Source: Trichoplax adhaerens
Lineage: Eukaryota > Animalia > Placozoa
Direction: 5' to 3'
NCBI RefSeq assembly: GCF_000150275.1
Contig: NW_002060971.1
Span: forward strand, 351,212-415,211
Length of the DNA: 64,000 nucleotides
The position numbers and the translations under genes are program-made. How positions within the stretch are numbered: position 1 is the stretch's first letter; every line of letters begins with the position of its first letter. The notes beneath the pieces are model-generated. The model was not told the DNA's origin. It saw only the letters and a program-made list of their open reading frames with translations, and ran no database searches. This document shows positions 39,630 through 53,900 of this stretch, piece after piece.

Positions 39630-41971
39630 ATCTATGTAATTACTCTTGATTACTCTGTACTTATCATCGACGTAAGCGAGATCATATTTCATTATAATAA
39701 AACGATTTATATATATATATATATATATATGTGTAACACTTGTATATGTGTCATAAAAATTAAGAAACAAAATTTTTATTCTTTAATCACCTTCTGTAAT
39801 AGATTTCTTACATCTACTTATTTACAACTTGTTCTAAGTCATCTTTTACTTTTCAACGATGTACCTGAAATTTGGTATATGTTTTGTCCAAATTTATAAG
39901 ACATTACGCTTAAACTTGTTTTATTCACTCTCTTTCTCATATTGATGAAAGTTATCGTCAGTAGCTAATGGTCGAATTTACTTGTACCTATTGTTTGCTA
40001 TTTGCGATATTTAAATTTTTAATGACGACTCTTTTTATGTCATTTCCATTTTAATAAATTCTAAATCGCAATCTAAGCTGCCTTTTATCGCTCAATTCAC
40101 GGTTTATTACAGCGCGTAAGTTGAGTTATATATCGAATAATAAGAATTTAAATCTTTAAGAGCAATTTCAATAAGAGTAAAGATTACTAAAAAATGTTCT
40201 TGACCAAAGATTATTACTGTAGTTGGTCGATATTTGACTAAAATGCATATGAAATCTGCATTGTACGCAAATTATCGCTCAACGTTTTTAAAATATATTT
40301 CCAGTATTATAATTAAATCTTTAATAGTTTATTTAGGATTATTATCGTAGTCTTGATAGTCTTGATTAATTGAGAAACTCACTCAACCTTCTACTTATTT
40401 ATTAAAAGATGCGATCTTACGACTAAAATTTAGTAGGTAAATACGCAATTTAAGCAGTTGTAGCTGTGGTGGCAGAGATTAAAAATGCTTTGAGAAAAGG
40501 TCTTAACAGGTACATGTGCTGCTCTACTAGCATTGATTGCATAATTTAATTTGCAATATTGACGTAGCATATTCGGAAATAACGGAAATTACCCTCTTGA
40601 GGGAGTAATTTTTGGTTTCTATTGCGTAAGCAAATGAAAATTTATTATCAATGAATTGGCTATCCAATATCTAAAAAATATGTTGCAACAATATTGTGAG
40701 CAAGTATAAGTTTGGTAAACATGCAAAAAGTTGAATAGCAGTTACTGCACGGTTAATATTCCCATTATAGTGGTATGAATAATATTAATTTGTGGGTGCG
40801 TATTTAGAAGCGGAATATCAAACATTTGAAAAATTGTATCACATATTATCTATCGCTCAGTTTACATTTATGGTCTTACAAGAGAGCGCATACTTATCAT
40901 TGGCAATATCTTACAGGATTATTATTAATTAATCAACGAACTTTGATAACTAGAAATCTTTTATTAGGCAAAATTTGCTTAAAGTAAGAGTAGTAATGTC
41001 TTGATGACAAAAATGATCTACAGGTGCCAATTTCAGCCTAATTATATTTCAGTAAAGAGTCATCTTTTCTAGCAAGCAAATATAATTTAAAATAAATCAG
41101 TTAATTCTAGGACTTCACTTCATTTTGAGCCTTCAATTACGTACATCTTCAAAGTTTTTAAGACCAATTTAACAAATCGAGATCATTATTGTTGCAGAAG
41201 TTACAGGGTTGAAACGTTGATACCTTCCCTGTACATTCTAGGTCTAATCTTAAGATTTAAATTAATTGTTAATAGTACTGGCATCAATATCTTATTTTCA
41301 TTGATAAATGATTATAATTGAGATAAATATACATGAAATATAGAACTTACTTCGGTAATTGGCAGTAAATTAATTAATTAAACGATGCAATTCCAAATGA
41401 AATAATAGCAAGAGCCAAGCAGTTTTATAAAATGCACGATAAATATTTAACTCCTCTAAACAGCATCGCACACGATTTTAGCCGTACTTACTAAAAAGAC
41501 AACATTTTCGAAGAATGTATAAAATAACATTTAATAATTAAATATAATTTATATAGTAGTACATACTTTCATAAGTTTGCAGTTATCAGCTCTATTTACA
41601 TGTATCTGTACAATTGTCTCATCATCGTTGCATAACATTAAAGTAATGAATGATCATCTGCCTTCAATATCCTGAATAAATATGCCGAATATAGCATTGC
41701 TCGTATCATAAGAGATATTTGAGTGCATATACATAACATTAATAAGCAAAATTAATTATACACATTCATAGAACAATTATCAGCAATCGCATTTAATAAT
41801 GGATATATTCAAATTAAAAATACTAATCACCCATTGGATAAAAAATTTTCATCACAGGTTATCATACCATAATCCTATGCTTCTAATTATCATAAAAATT
41901 CCGATCCTCGGTCTGAGCGCTATCACAGACGGATAGACAAAAAACGGAATTACAATATTCTGTCGGTGATA

Positions 41972-44900
41972 TTATATCATCATGTCCATATCTTCATCAA
42001 ATGTATCTAGGAATTTGTTAAAAGCGATTGAGAATCAAGGAAACGATCAATGAAAATTATGAATTTAATTCTTGCATAATTAATTTTGCAAGTGTTACCT
42101 TTTCGTAGACTCTTTCTGGTATCATATCTTTTAATGTACTGTATTAGAGATAAATAAACAAATTCGTATTGCTGATATGTCTGGACTAAATACATTCTCT
42201 GTTTTCGCATCTTTGCTAACACAGCCGGTATATTTAACTCCTAAAGACAGAGAAATCAGGATTGAACACATTAAACACAGTCTGCTTACGTATATAATCA
42301 GCAGTAGTAAATTATTTGTTAATAAGTCAAAAAAACATTTATACTCACCCATTGATTTTTAATATAAGCAATCATTAGATCTGCTAACATTACCACGCCA
42401 GTCCTTCCTACGCCAGCTGAACAGTGTACTAACGTAGGAGGTTCAAACTGATCAGTAGCTTGGTATATGCGATTACGTATCGCGTTCATCTTATTATAAA
42501 ATTCTAAGGATGAATTTCACATTATTATGAACGGCAATAATCAAGTTCGGTATTTTAATTAAAAATAAATATGGTCATCTTATAGGTACCTAGAAATTTG
42601 TCTACATGGTCCGGAACCCCATGATCTGGCCATCCAACAAACTGAATGTGGTAAATAATTCTAGACTATTAGGGTGAAACAACAGCGTTAAGTATAAATA
42701 ATTGTCTGAAGTAATAGAGGAGGGCTCATACGCCATACTCCGGTATATAGTAGTATTTATGCAGCTAATTTTACATTAAGAATTATGTAACGTATTATTA
42801 TGTATACTCTAAAATTTTTACCTGTCCAATAGCTGTATTTTCAACAGCAAAAGTTCTAATGACATACGCCGATGCTGCGTGGAAGGTCTTGCTTGAAACA
42901 GAGTACTATTATGAATAATATACGAAGCAAATTCATTATAGGAAAGCTGAAGATAAATCAACTTTGACTACATTATATCGACGGTAATATCAGCTAATTT
43001 TTAAATTACCGGCTCAAAATATTCGGTAGATCCGATAGCCATATCAGGCCAATATGTAAAGCATTTATTCGTGGAATTTTCCTAAAATGGATTTGTCATA
43101 AACAGTTTATCACTTTCGGGGCAATCTAATAGTAAATTTTAGGATGAAACTTACTTGCTCTGCTGTAACCATTACTATTAAAGCAACCTGCTGTTCCCAA
43201 ATCATCTGCCAGAAATCTTCTACAGTATTTTGTAAAGGAGCTTGTGCAGCGATATAGCGTAATACTTTATCACCGACTTCCATCTAATTTTAGTATTATT
43301 CAACACATAGTCAATTGTTGTAGTAGTACAATAATGACGCTTGAATGAGCAATGAACTCACCGTTACATAGCTAGCATTGACGTAGTCGTTGCTTTCCAT
43401 ATTATTACGAGGATTTAGAACAACTCTTGTTTCCTAGTGAAAAGAAGAATTAGCATTTTGAAAACAGGATGAATCGTATCGAGTTCAATCATAAGAATGC
43501 GTAATGGCAATATAAATTACATCATAACAGTGGACATCATTAAAACGATTTCTAGGCAAATTTTCGGGTAGCCTTGATGCAATTACTACGCCATCAGGTC
43601 TCATTTCAATATCATGATATTCCTGATCTACACTATCAGTTTCTAAAGCTGTTTCTAGACTTTCCAACTGTGTAAAAATAACGACGTAGTAAGTATAGAG
43701 TTGATAACTTATTCAGAATTACTGTACATTCAAGGGATAAATTTATTTTTTCTACCTGTTCTTCTCTGCTTGCAGACTTGACAAAGATTTTACTTCTATA
43801 CCGCCTCATTGACGGTGAAGAAACAGGATCATTAATTTGATAAATAGGTGATGTGATGTAATCTTGATCCGTTCCTAAAATATAAAAGTAAATTTATAAT
43901 ATAATGAACCTTTGTCCAAAAAGATGCAAGAGATGAAGAGTCCAAAATTACTAATTTTCAACTACAAAGTGGCTATACTTTATGGTTAAAGAAAGAATAT
44001 ACAAATTTCAATATTACCTGAAGTTGGCAAGGGTTTTGGTGGACGTACCACCGCAGGAGGTGCCGAGTTGTACCTTGATCTAAATTGGTTTTCCTCTTCA
44101 TAGTCGTTATCGGCGGAGGTATTGTTCTCTATAGCATGGCGATGTCTATCTAAGTTGACCCTTGGTGGCAATTTTGGTGGGGCAGAATGGTCCTTCCTAG
44201 TTCCTTCTGAGGCACTATAAGCACGATTAGGCAACTGTCCGGCAGGCCTCCTAGGGGGAAGAGGGGGTGGTGCGGCGCTTTTATCTCTCGGAGGAAGTGC
44301 TGGAGGCTTCTTATCTTTAATTCTTGGAGGAATAGGTTCTATTGGGCGATCTGTAAGTTATTTGTTCAGCAATTTAATTTTAAATTTATTGTGACAGATT
44401 ATGTTTAGAATAGCATTTATTAACGGTAAATATTGAATTTAATATTTTGAGACCATTCAAGGGTGGTTTCTCCTTTTTCATATCTGAAATGTATTCAATA
44501 TTTGAGGGTTAGAAATTCTGTGATTACCAAGACCTACTTCGCTTAGTTCTAATAGTTTTTGAAATGCTTCTCACATATTTCATTTGGCTAAAGTCGTATT
44601 TACACTCTATACTATCGGTAATAACTGTTTAGCACAGGAATTGGCTTTACATACCTCTTAACTTCATTTGTTTAAATTTTCGTAATGCTTCTTCGCGTTG
44701 TTTCTATTGCAAGCATGTAATTGATACAGAATCAATTATCTTACGCCGTTTTAACATAAAAAAATTTTCAATAATTATCTCAACAGCTGTACGTACCATT
44801 TCGTCGGTAGAGGCAAGGGTTAACGTGGATTTACGTTTATCTTTTGCTCTAGCACTAAGAATACGTAATTGGTAGTTAAGATAACGGTTTACTTTTATGT

Positions 44901-47900
44901 CTGACGAAGTAATAACTGATAATGATAAATAACAAAAATAGCTATAATTATAAATTAATAAAATTGAAAAAGTACGGTTGCACCTGTTTGAGTCATCATC
45001 AGCGGAAGAGTTTTGGAAGGAGCTAAGCGAAATAGTAACATATAACAAATACATTAGTAATAAGTATCGGCCTTTTGATAACATTTTTGCGAGTAGATCA
45101 AAAAAGCAAATTATGAAACCGTCTAAGCACGTTAAATTATCGAAAAATTTACAGTTTACTTTTAAAAATCAACGGATCAAAATTATATCTATTTATCAAC
45201 TTTAATGAAATTCTAGAATGTACGCCGAAAGTTATCTTGTATTAAAGCAATGGATGATTAATTTACTTTGATAATAGTCTATCTCGCTTCTTCACTTTAA
45301 CGTTCATTTGAAATTTCTGAAAACTCTGACATCGCCTCAGGACATATTCCGCTTCAGTACAATTAGGCTACGAATGATTAATAACAATATACAAAATGGT
45401 TTTAAATTTCTCATTGTACGAACAACAGTAATGTAATTTGGTACGAATTGCTTTTGAAGATAATACCATTTCACATGATGCATTAATATTTCTACTTTGG
45501 CTAAAAATAGTGAATACATTGGCGCTCGATTCGAAACAGCTGACTTCTTCCCAACTGTACAAGAAAATTATAAATCATTTATAATGCAATATTCACGACT
45601 ACACTATATGCCATTACAGGTTTTGCCTACTTCACCTGAAAAAAACAGGAGGCACGTTGTCCCTTTTGATGGTAATACCTTGAAAGTGGACGCTTATGTA
45701 GCCATTCATGCGCGACTCCTATTCATCACAATAAGCAATATTAAATAGTTCGACCGGGAAATTGCTTAACGTTTCAAAAATATTTTTTCATTATGGCCTA
45801 ATGACACTTCCTATCTGTAATTAACTCAGTTTTACATTTATTGTCCTAGCCAAAAGTCTACTTACCTTAAAATATTCATAACCATAGCCTTGTGATCGTT
45901 GTGCAATATTAATAAATTGTTCTTCTGCCCAGGCCTGAGATTTCCCTCTGATGTGATCAAATTGCGTGCATTAATATTTTAATCTTCAATTGTATTATGA
46001 TTGTAAATCGATATACAGTACGTAGGATGCTATGTTTTAACATAAGATCCGCAAGAGGATGAGAATACCTTACCTGCAATTAGTGTAGGCATCGATTATC
46101 TATAAAAGATTTTAAATAATTTTTCCGATAGTTAGAAAAGCAAATGTAAGTAATATACATCGACTACAGTATAGTACAAAGATATTTCCAACTACTTTTA
46201 GCCATTTGGATTTTGAGAATTTACTATCTACTCGTTATGGCTCAATATTACCCAGGATAAATATTAGCCGTTTACTTTGCTATCGTGCATTAATGCCATC
46301 GTAACGTAGTAGTTTAATTACAATAAATACCTTATTTTATCTATATATTTCTACTATGTACTGTAGATTTGTGCATGCATGCTTTTTATATGTTAAAATT
46401 TTAAAGTAAATTATTCTTCATAGTTTAGACTTTATTATATTTTTCTTTGTCATAATGGTCTGATTTGGATGTGCAATTAGCTTCATTATGTAAAGTACTT
46501 TTTTGGATATTTGCGATAAAGGAAATCGAAACATGATTAGGTCGGCAGAGTTCACAATAGGAGTTTACAAATGAATTGATTCTCATATGAAAGTAGCATG
46601 GACAATTTACTGTACTATAAAGCATATATACTGCATATGAAGATAAGCGGCAATATTCTAGAGAATAAAAAGTCCATTTACGAAAGAAGTGTGATACTCG
46701 ATATGCAGCAGATATAACTAGATTTACTAATATAGTTGATGAGCAAATGTATAAGAGGTTTTGATATCTAAAATTGATAAGATAGAAGATATTACCTCTT
46801 CGACGATGGTTGGAAAGTTTTCTGCTCTAAGATAAATCTGATTGATTAAAAAAATAAAGTAGCATTCATGTTAATCTCGTGAAGTCATTGTTAAACTTCT
46901 GACAGTTATTGTCAATGTTCATAATCGCAATATTACAATCAAATATTCACAACGACTCACCGAAGGTAAAATATTATACTGCAATAGATGTTTTGTAGCT
47001 GCTTCAGGTGATTTAATGTTCCCCATTTCAGCTATTTGAAATAAAATCCAAATATTATGTCAATATTTGAGACTAACATTTCAGTAAGCATTAAGGTTCT
47101 TTTTTAGGCGCAAATGCTCAAACCTTGTAAAATATAAACTGCTAATTGCGAAATCTGATCCCTATCACAAAGTATCTTTTGTTCAAGGATATCTTCCTTT
47201 AATTGTAAGTACATATAGTACCTAAAAAATGAGAGGAGTGAATGATATATAATAGCTGGATGTATAAAATTAATATTGAAATAGGTCAATTTATGTTCAG
47301 CTCGATTAATAGCAGAAATTATTGCAGGCTTTGTCATCATTGCATTTGTTAACTTAACAAAGCTGTCCTGGAATAATTATTACAATTTGTATCGCTAGAC
47401 GGTAAAAATAAAGAACTTACTTTGTAATTTCACTTGTAATACTATTGATATCAATAGCATAGTATTGGAGGCCAAATTTAATGATAGGGCTGGAATCAGA
47501 TTCTATCGATTGTAATTGTTCCTTTACATTTGCTTCTTTACTTAGCCATCTTTCTTCATCGTTATCCGTAACTATCTTTAGGCCAAAATATTCCATCTAG
47601 AAAGGATATAGTACAACAATATCGAAATTAGTACGTTAATATTCAATTTCGTGTATTGACCAAAGATAATCGATCAGATCTAATTCTGACTAGATAACTC
47701 TTGATCCTATTTTAACCTGTAACTTCTATGAAAACATTTTATCGTTTGCATTGAAGTAAAATTGTCATTTAGGATATACGTAATAGTATATTGTATCTAT
47801 TGTAGCCATGAATCAATCTAAAGGGGGTAATTACTCCATTTTTTGTAAGGATAACAGTTAATTACAAGATCATAAGTTGTCAATAAACAATTGAAGATTT

Positions 47901-50900
47901 TCTATTCATTGAAGTATTATTGTGCTAGAAGAGGATAATCTTAATTGCAGTAGCGAACTATCACTAATGACATCTTTCTATTCTAAAACACAATTCGGTA
48001 AAGACAGATGAAAGTAAATAATGATGCCATCAAGCGTTTGTGCTGATAGATTGCCTACATTGAACACCATTCTAACATAATTTGCTTCTTTCGAGTAGGA
48101 CAATCGAAGAGAGATAGCCATGTTTTCATTGTCAGCATATAATTAGACATGCTAGGACGGAAGTATATAGGCAATGTTGGTGTCTCATTTTCCTATGTCA
48201 GACGTCTTATACGTAGTAAAAATTAAAATCTATTTATGATAAAGTAGTCTGGTAAAGAAGTAAAATAGTTATTCATTAGCAAGTCGTTCATAGGACTCCT
48301 CTATGGCATTTGACAGTCAGTTATCGTTCTAGTAGGGTATCGCTAGTACTGATGTGATCTATCAACAAGAGGTAGATTAAATCATTTTCTATGCCTGTCT
48401 CTGTTTGCTACATCATTCCTGATGGCATTGATTTTGAATGAGGATTACTATCATCCAAAGCAATATTGAATGGTAAGAATAATTAATATGATGTTATTAT
48501 CGAGAATAAAACATGGATTATGCTGTTTCAACACGATAATCGTTCATCATTCAATGCTGCTGGTAGATCCTCGATCGGTACGGTTAGAATTCGGTTACGA
48601 TAGAGGGATAATCAAGGTCACTTAGTTGATATGCCGAAAATAGCAGCCATCGAATAAATTCCATGTAAAATTACATCGTCCAACAGTAATTTTGGGCAAG
48701 TACTCATCTATTTCTAGATCTTTTTCAGTTGCTTATTTAGCGGCTAAAAGTGATCGGGAAACATCTTTGTAACTTCTTGCCCGTGAGGAAAATGTTCATT
48801 TTGCAGGCATGAGTAATCCATGGATTACGAGTATTTCTAGTAGTCCATAGTGTAATCAAACGTAGCTGGATTGTACTCGTATAATATGGCTCCGATGGAT
48901 GATCATGAGAATTACTTTGCATGAGAAACATTTTCACTTTGTTAGCGGCTAAATGTGATCTAGAAAATAGCGTCATAACATCTTGCCTCAAAAGAAAATC
49001 GTCATTAGGTAGGCATGTGTTATCAGAGGTAGTTGGATTAAGCAACATGGCTCCGATCGATGATCATGAGAATTACTTTGCATGAGAAACATTTTCACTT
49101 TGTTAGCGGCTAAATGTGATCTAGAAAATAGCGTCATAACATCTTGCCTCAAAAGAAAATCGTCATTAGGTAGGCATGTGTTATCAGAGGTAGTTGGATT
49201 AAGTAACATGGTTCCGATCGATGATCATCAGCCACTTAAATAGCACTAATACAGCGAATGCGAGAAGTTTTATTTTATGGATAACCATTGAAGAATTATC
49301 TCCTAGTAGGTGTTCATCATTGTGCATAGCCATGCCTATCCATTTTAAGACAGCATGGCTTCCTTAAAGCTTTACTACAGCCTATGAAAAACACAAAACT
49401 TTGTAGTCTCTTCTAGTCTGTATAACTTGATTATAATCGCTGGTCAATTTTAAATAACATTAAGGAGTATCGGCTGAGTATCTTGCGTGCTAGGATACTT
49501 TGCATTTATTAAGATTGTTAATAGTCCACTCTTAATTGGATATTTAACAAGTGAACGAATATCTCCGCATCGATCTTATATGTCTTCACTGTACAATTAT
49601 GGAGTGGAAAAAGCAATTGAGTCATGATAGGATCCATTAGTTTGTATTAGCAGCCAGAAATGACTACCACATTACTATCTGGAATCGCTATTTACCTATA
49701 GGAGGCTCTTGATCATGATCGCTTCCGATCTAAAGCGTATCTTCAAGCTATTAAAAGGCATCAAGTCTAGCTAGTATCGAATAAAAAATGAACGACTCTT
49801 GGCAGATGGTGATAACTTAATTACCACCCGATGTGCTACTGAATTATTAACTTGGGAAAGTGTCAAAAGATGACTACTATCTCAGGGTAATGTCCCTTTT
49901 TCGATGTCATTATTGTTGCTGCTTTAGCAGGTGCATTTTCTGCTTCAATTACTGTTGCTTCTAGTCCTTAAACAAGTTGATCATAATATCAAGTATTTGA
50001 TTTTTTATAGTGTGTAGACTGTCGATATTTTGGTGTCTTTTTAGCCTCCACTGCTTATCCTGCTCATCATCGAAGGTTACGTTAATATGATAGGCAAGTA
50101 TACTCGTCCTTATGTAGAAAATTGCTGGCATTTTTGGTTGAAAAAATTGCAGGTGCTAGACGATGATCATAACTTTAGTTCTCCATTTTACTGTACACTG
50201 ACATAAACCGAGACTGTGTATAAACAAATTGGAATAACAGATCGGATCAAGTTTGGCCATGATTGGCTCAAGTAAGTGGAGTACTGGAACTTTTCCCAGC
50301 TAGAGTACATCTAGTTTAGTTTTTCTGTCTAGACATGAAAATGGTAAAAGCAAAACTAGTGTCTCATCCTGTTGGATATCGCTATTGCTACTTCGGGAGT
50401 TAAATCGTGGCTTGTTTGATGAGTATTTAATCTACTGTATATATATAAGAGCAATCTTCATTAAGATTGACAAATTGAATAAGATCCACAATAGTTTCTA
50501 AAGTTATTTTCTATTATTGCCCAGCCCATTGTCCATTTTTTAAAATCCTTGAAAAATAGTCGATCAATGTTTACTACAATTAATCCTTCTAGACAGCAAC
50601 TGAAGTTTACATTTTCTTCAATATTTTCCATGGCTAAAAGTCAGAACTAATCATCGATCGGGGTAGCAGTATAACTGCGATTGAAATAATTATCCAAGGT
50701 TCCACTTTCTTCACCATCTCCTTCAGCGATGGCACTTTTCTTCCGTAGCATGCTGCAATACGATCAATCAAAAGTCTGTTTCAGTCAACAGTTCAAAAGT
50801 CTTTTACTTTTGATGGGCCTCTTAAACAATTTCATTATGGCAAAGTCTGTCGTCATTTTAACGTCAATAATATATTGACCCATTTGGATATCAAAAAGAA

Positions 50901-53900
50901 ATTAAATAGCAGCTTGCTGAAGCTTGACGAATGTATAATAAATATCAAAAGTAATTGTTTACGACGTTCTTAATTTAGCATGGCTGGCCATGGCCAATTT
51001 TAATTCTATCCCTATTTTTAAATACAACATTTAAGTGGCCTTCGTGCTTTAATTTTCATAAAATATCCATTCAAAATAAGGATACAAAGGCATTCGAGAC
51101 ACACTAGCATTGAAAATATAAACGTTTTTTTGCAAGGCAGTGAGGAAAATTAGAATACGCATATGTCGACTGGATTGGAATCAAATAGGTGTAGCCTTTC
51201 GTTATTGAAGGAGACCGACAGAATCATCTAGGTTATTCCTGATGCATAAAATAGGATATTTGGCATCGTTGTTGTTTTGCTTATTAGCCACTTCAAAGTT
51301 CACGTGGAATTAAGTTAGAGCGCTTTACGCTAATTACTTGATTCTTGTTTGATCGAGCATCATCCTTGACAACTAAAAATTGTGTCTAAGCGCATAATCG
51401 ATTTGGATAATGTTATTTGGATTGGTTTAATTAATGTTCTGCTAGAGTAAGTTCGAGATACGTGGTACTGCAGCTTTCGGACGATAACTAGACTATCCGT
51501 AAATTTTTTCATTTGAACGGCATACTGAGAAAGAAATATCCAATTGTACAGTAGGTTTGTAGTATTCAAGAGCACCTGTCTCCGATCTAGTTAACGATTC
51601 TTGTCATGTAGAGTAGCAATAGAATACGTGGAAAAAAGAGAATAACAATAACGAATTATTAATTCATTTCAAAAATAACTTTATTAACTAGTCATCATCA
51701 TAGGCTATACATCGAACGTAGGCGTACATCGAGTGGATGGTAGGATCGTAGAATTTAAAATGTTTCCTATTTTTATTTGGATAGTGAAATGGATGCATGA
51801 ATAGAATCCGAATTAGATTCATGAACGCATCCATTTGATCGGTGATAGACCTAGTATCATAGTTTTTCCTTGTAAGAGATATACCAATGATTGATTGTGT
51901 AAAAGTGAATGAGATGGGCATTACTAGCAGAGAATAACTGAAATATTGCAGCAATCTCTAACCTTTATCCATAATGCAATATTGTAATAATCATTTAGAA
52001 AGTATTCTTGCGACTTACTGTAGCTAATACATTTTAGACGCGCAGATTGCTATTGACAACGTCGTCCAAGGTAGGCGGTAATCAATTAAACCATACGATC
52101 AAGAAGAAAATAAGAGCATCCTCATTTGCTTACTCTGCCATAAATAGAGGATAGGTATCTCCTATTCTCTAAAATGATCGCTATCAAAGATACTGAATAT
52201 AATGATAGGCCTACTTTTGCTCAATGTAATGTTATCCATCAAGCTATAGCAGTCCTATTTGCTATACACGTATCAAAATGGATTGATTTAGAACTCATGA
52301 TAATCCATGTAAACTATACTCGTTGCATCAGTTCTGGATGCCAATATGGTGCTAATTATTGGGCTCTTTTACCATTCTGGAATGGTGTTTATTAGGCTAT
52401 AGCGATACCATAGCATTAATCGCCATTGTAATTGATATTAAAGATGCTTATTTTATCCAAGAATGCTCATAAAAGATAGACAGCGTTGTCGCTATTGGAC
52501 TACTCTGCCATTCTTAGTCATAACCGATACAGGCCATGCTTATCCTATTGAGCAATAAAATTCGCTGCTAATGATGTGGCTGTTCTGTCCTATGTAAAGC
52601 TGTGCATCCAGTTGTAGTGATATCCCGAAATGATTCTCCATTCTAATCGATGCCATCAATTATTATCGTAAAAATAGACCGTATGGTCATTCTACCAAAA
52701 AGGAATAGTTCGGGTGCACCTGGCTATAGCAGTACCAAAGCATTTGAAAAAAAAAAATGACTACCAATACTATTGGATGTAGAAAGAGAATACCTATCCT
52801 ATGCCATCTACAATCATTCATAAGGACAAATTGAATATGCAAAGAAGAATTGGCTTGGCAATATCATGGTAGATCGATTGAATTGCATATACCGTATATT
52901 AGGGTTGTATATTAATAATTGTCAACAAGGGTCCATATTTTTGGCGAGACTTGAAATTAATTTCCGCCATTCAATAACAAACATTATTATTATTTTCGAT
53001 GCCATGGTGTTAAGAAACAGCATACCATAGTCTGGATTGCTTTATCAAATAATCAAGGTGTGATTGAAGGGGAGAGACTAAGCTACTTTAAAATGACTCA
53101 ACAGATAGAATTTATGTCAATGTAATAGTAAAACTTGACGATAAAGTAGATTTTGGAGAACTCAATCATGATCAATTTTCATGGTACTACTGTGAGAATG
53201 GAGATGTTCAAGTTTTCCCTTTTTTGTTTCTAGCAAGTCCAGTCCATAAACGTTGGGTATATGGGGATGGCAATATAAAATCGGATATCTGTACTACTCA
53301 AACTGGGATGGTGCTATCTGCATTTTCTATCTTGAACGAATTGAAGACAAGTTCAACAAAATGTTCTTATCGATTGTGATGACAATTTTGTTGTCAATCG
53401 GTTGAAATCCAGTAGACAATAACTGTAATATAGAATTTTTTCAACAGCGATAGAGTAGATGTAGTTTATAAAATAAAATAAAATAAATAAATGCCAGAAG
53501 CATTGAGGATCTGCTGGGAGGATAACATCTATCGATAAAGATGATTCAATATCGTAGGATAAAGATAATTGAAAAGTATCTCTTGCCCCCACAATCTACT
53601 TTCTTCTTTAATAGACAAGTTAATTACAACGGCCTACATGCATTCTATCAGAAATGGATAAATGCAAAGGAATAAATTGATATGACAAAAAAATTGGATT
53701 TTTCTGTAAATGAAAGTATAATATAACTAATAAAACTTAATTGTGACTGACAAATTAACACTAGAAAATGACTTGAGGCTAGTCAATTATATCAGCACCA
53801 ATATATCCAATTATTGACCGACATGATCGGAAGGGGGAGGGAAAGGGATAACTTCAACTCCTTTTACTACAGTATCCTCTCGATTTTGATCAAAAAGAAT

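Noticed and set aside
48737-49209. Two minus-strand ORFs with identical N-termini ([10 protein letters not shown]...)
   Set aside because: A by-product of the 161-bp tandem duplication.
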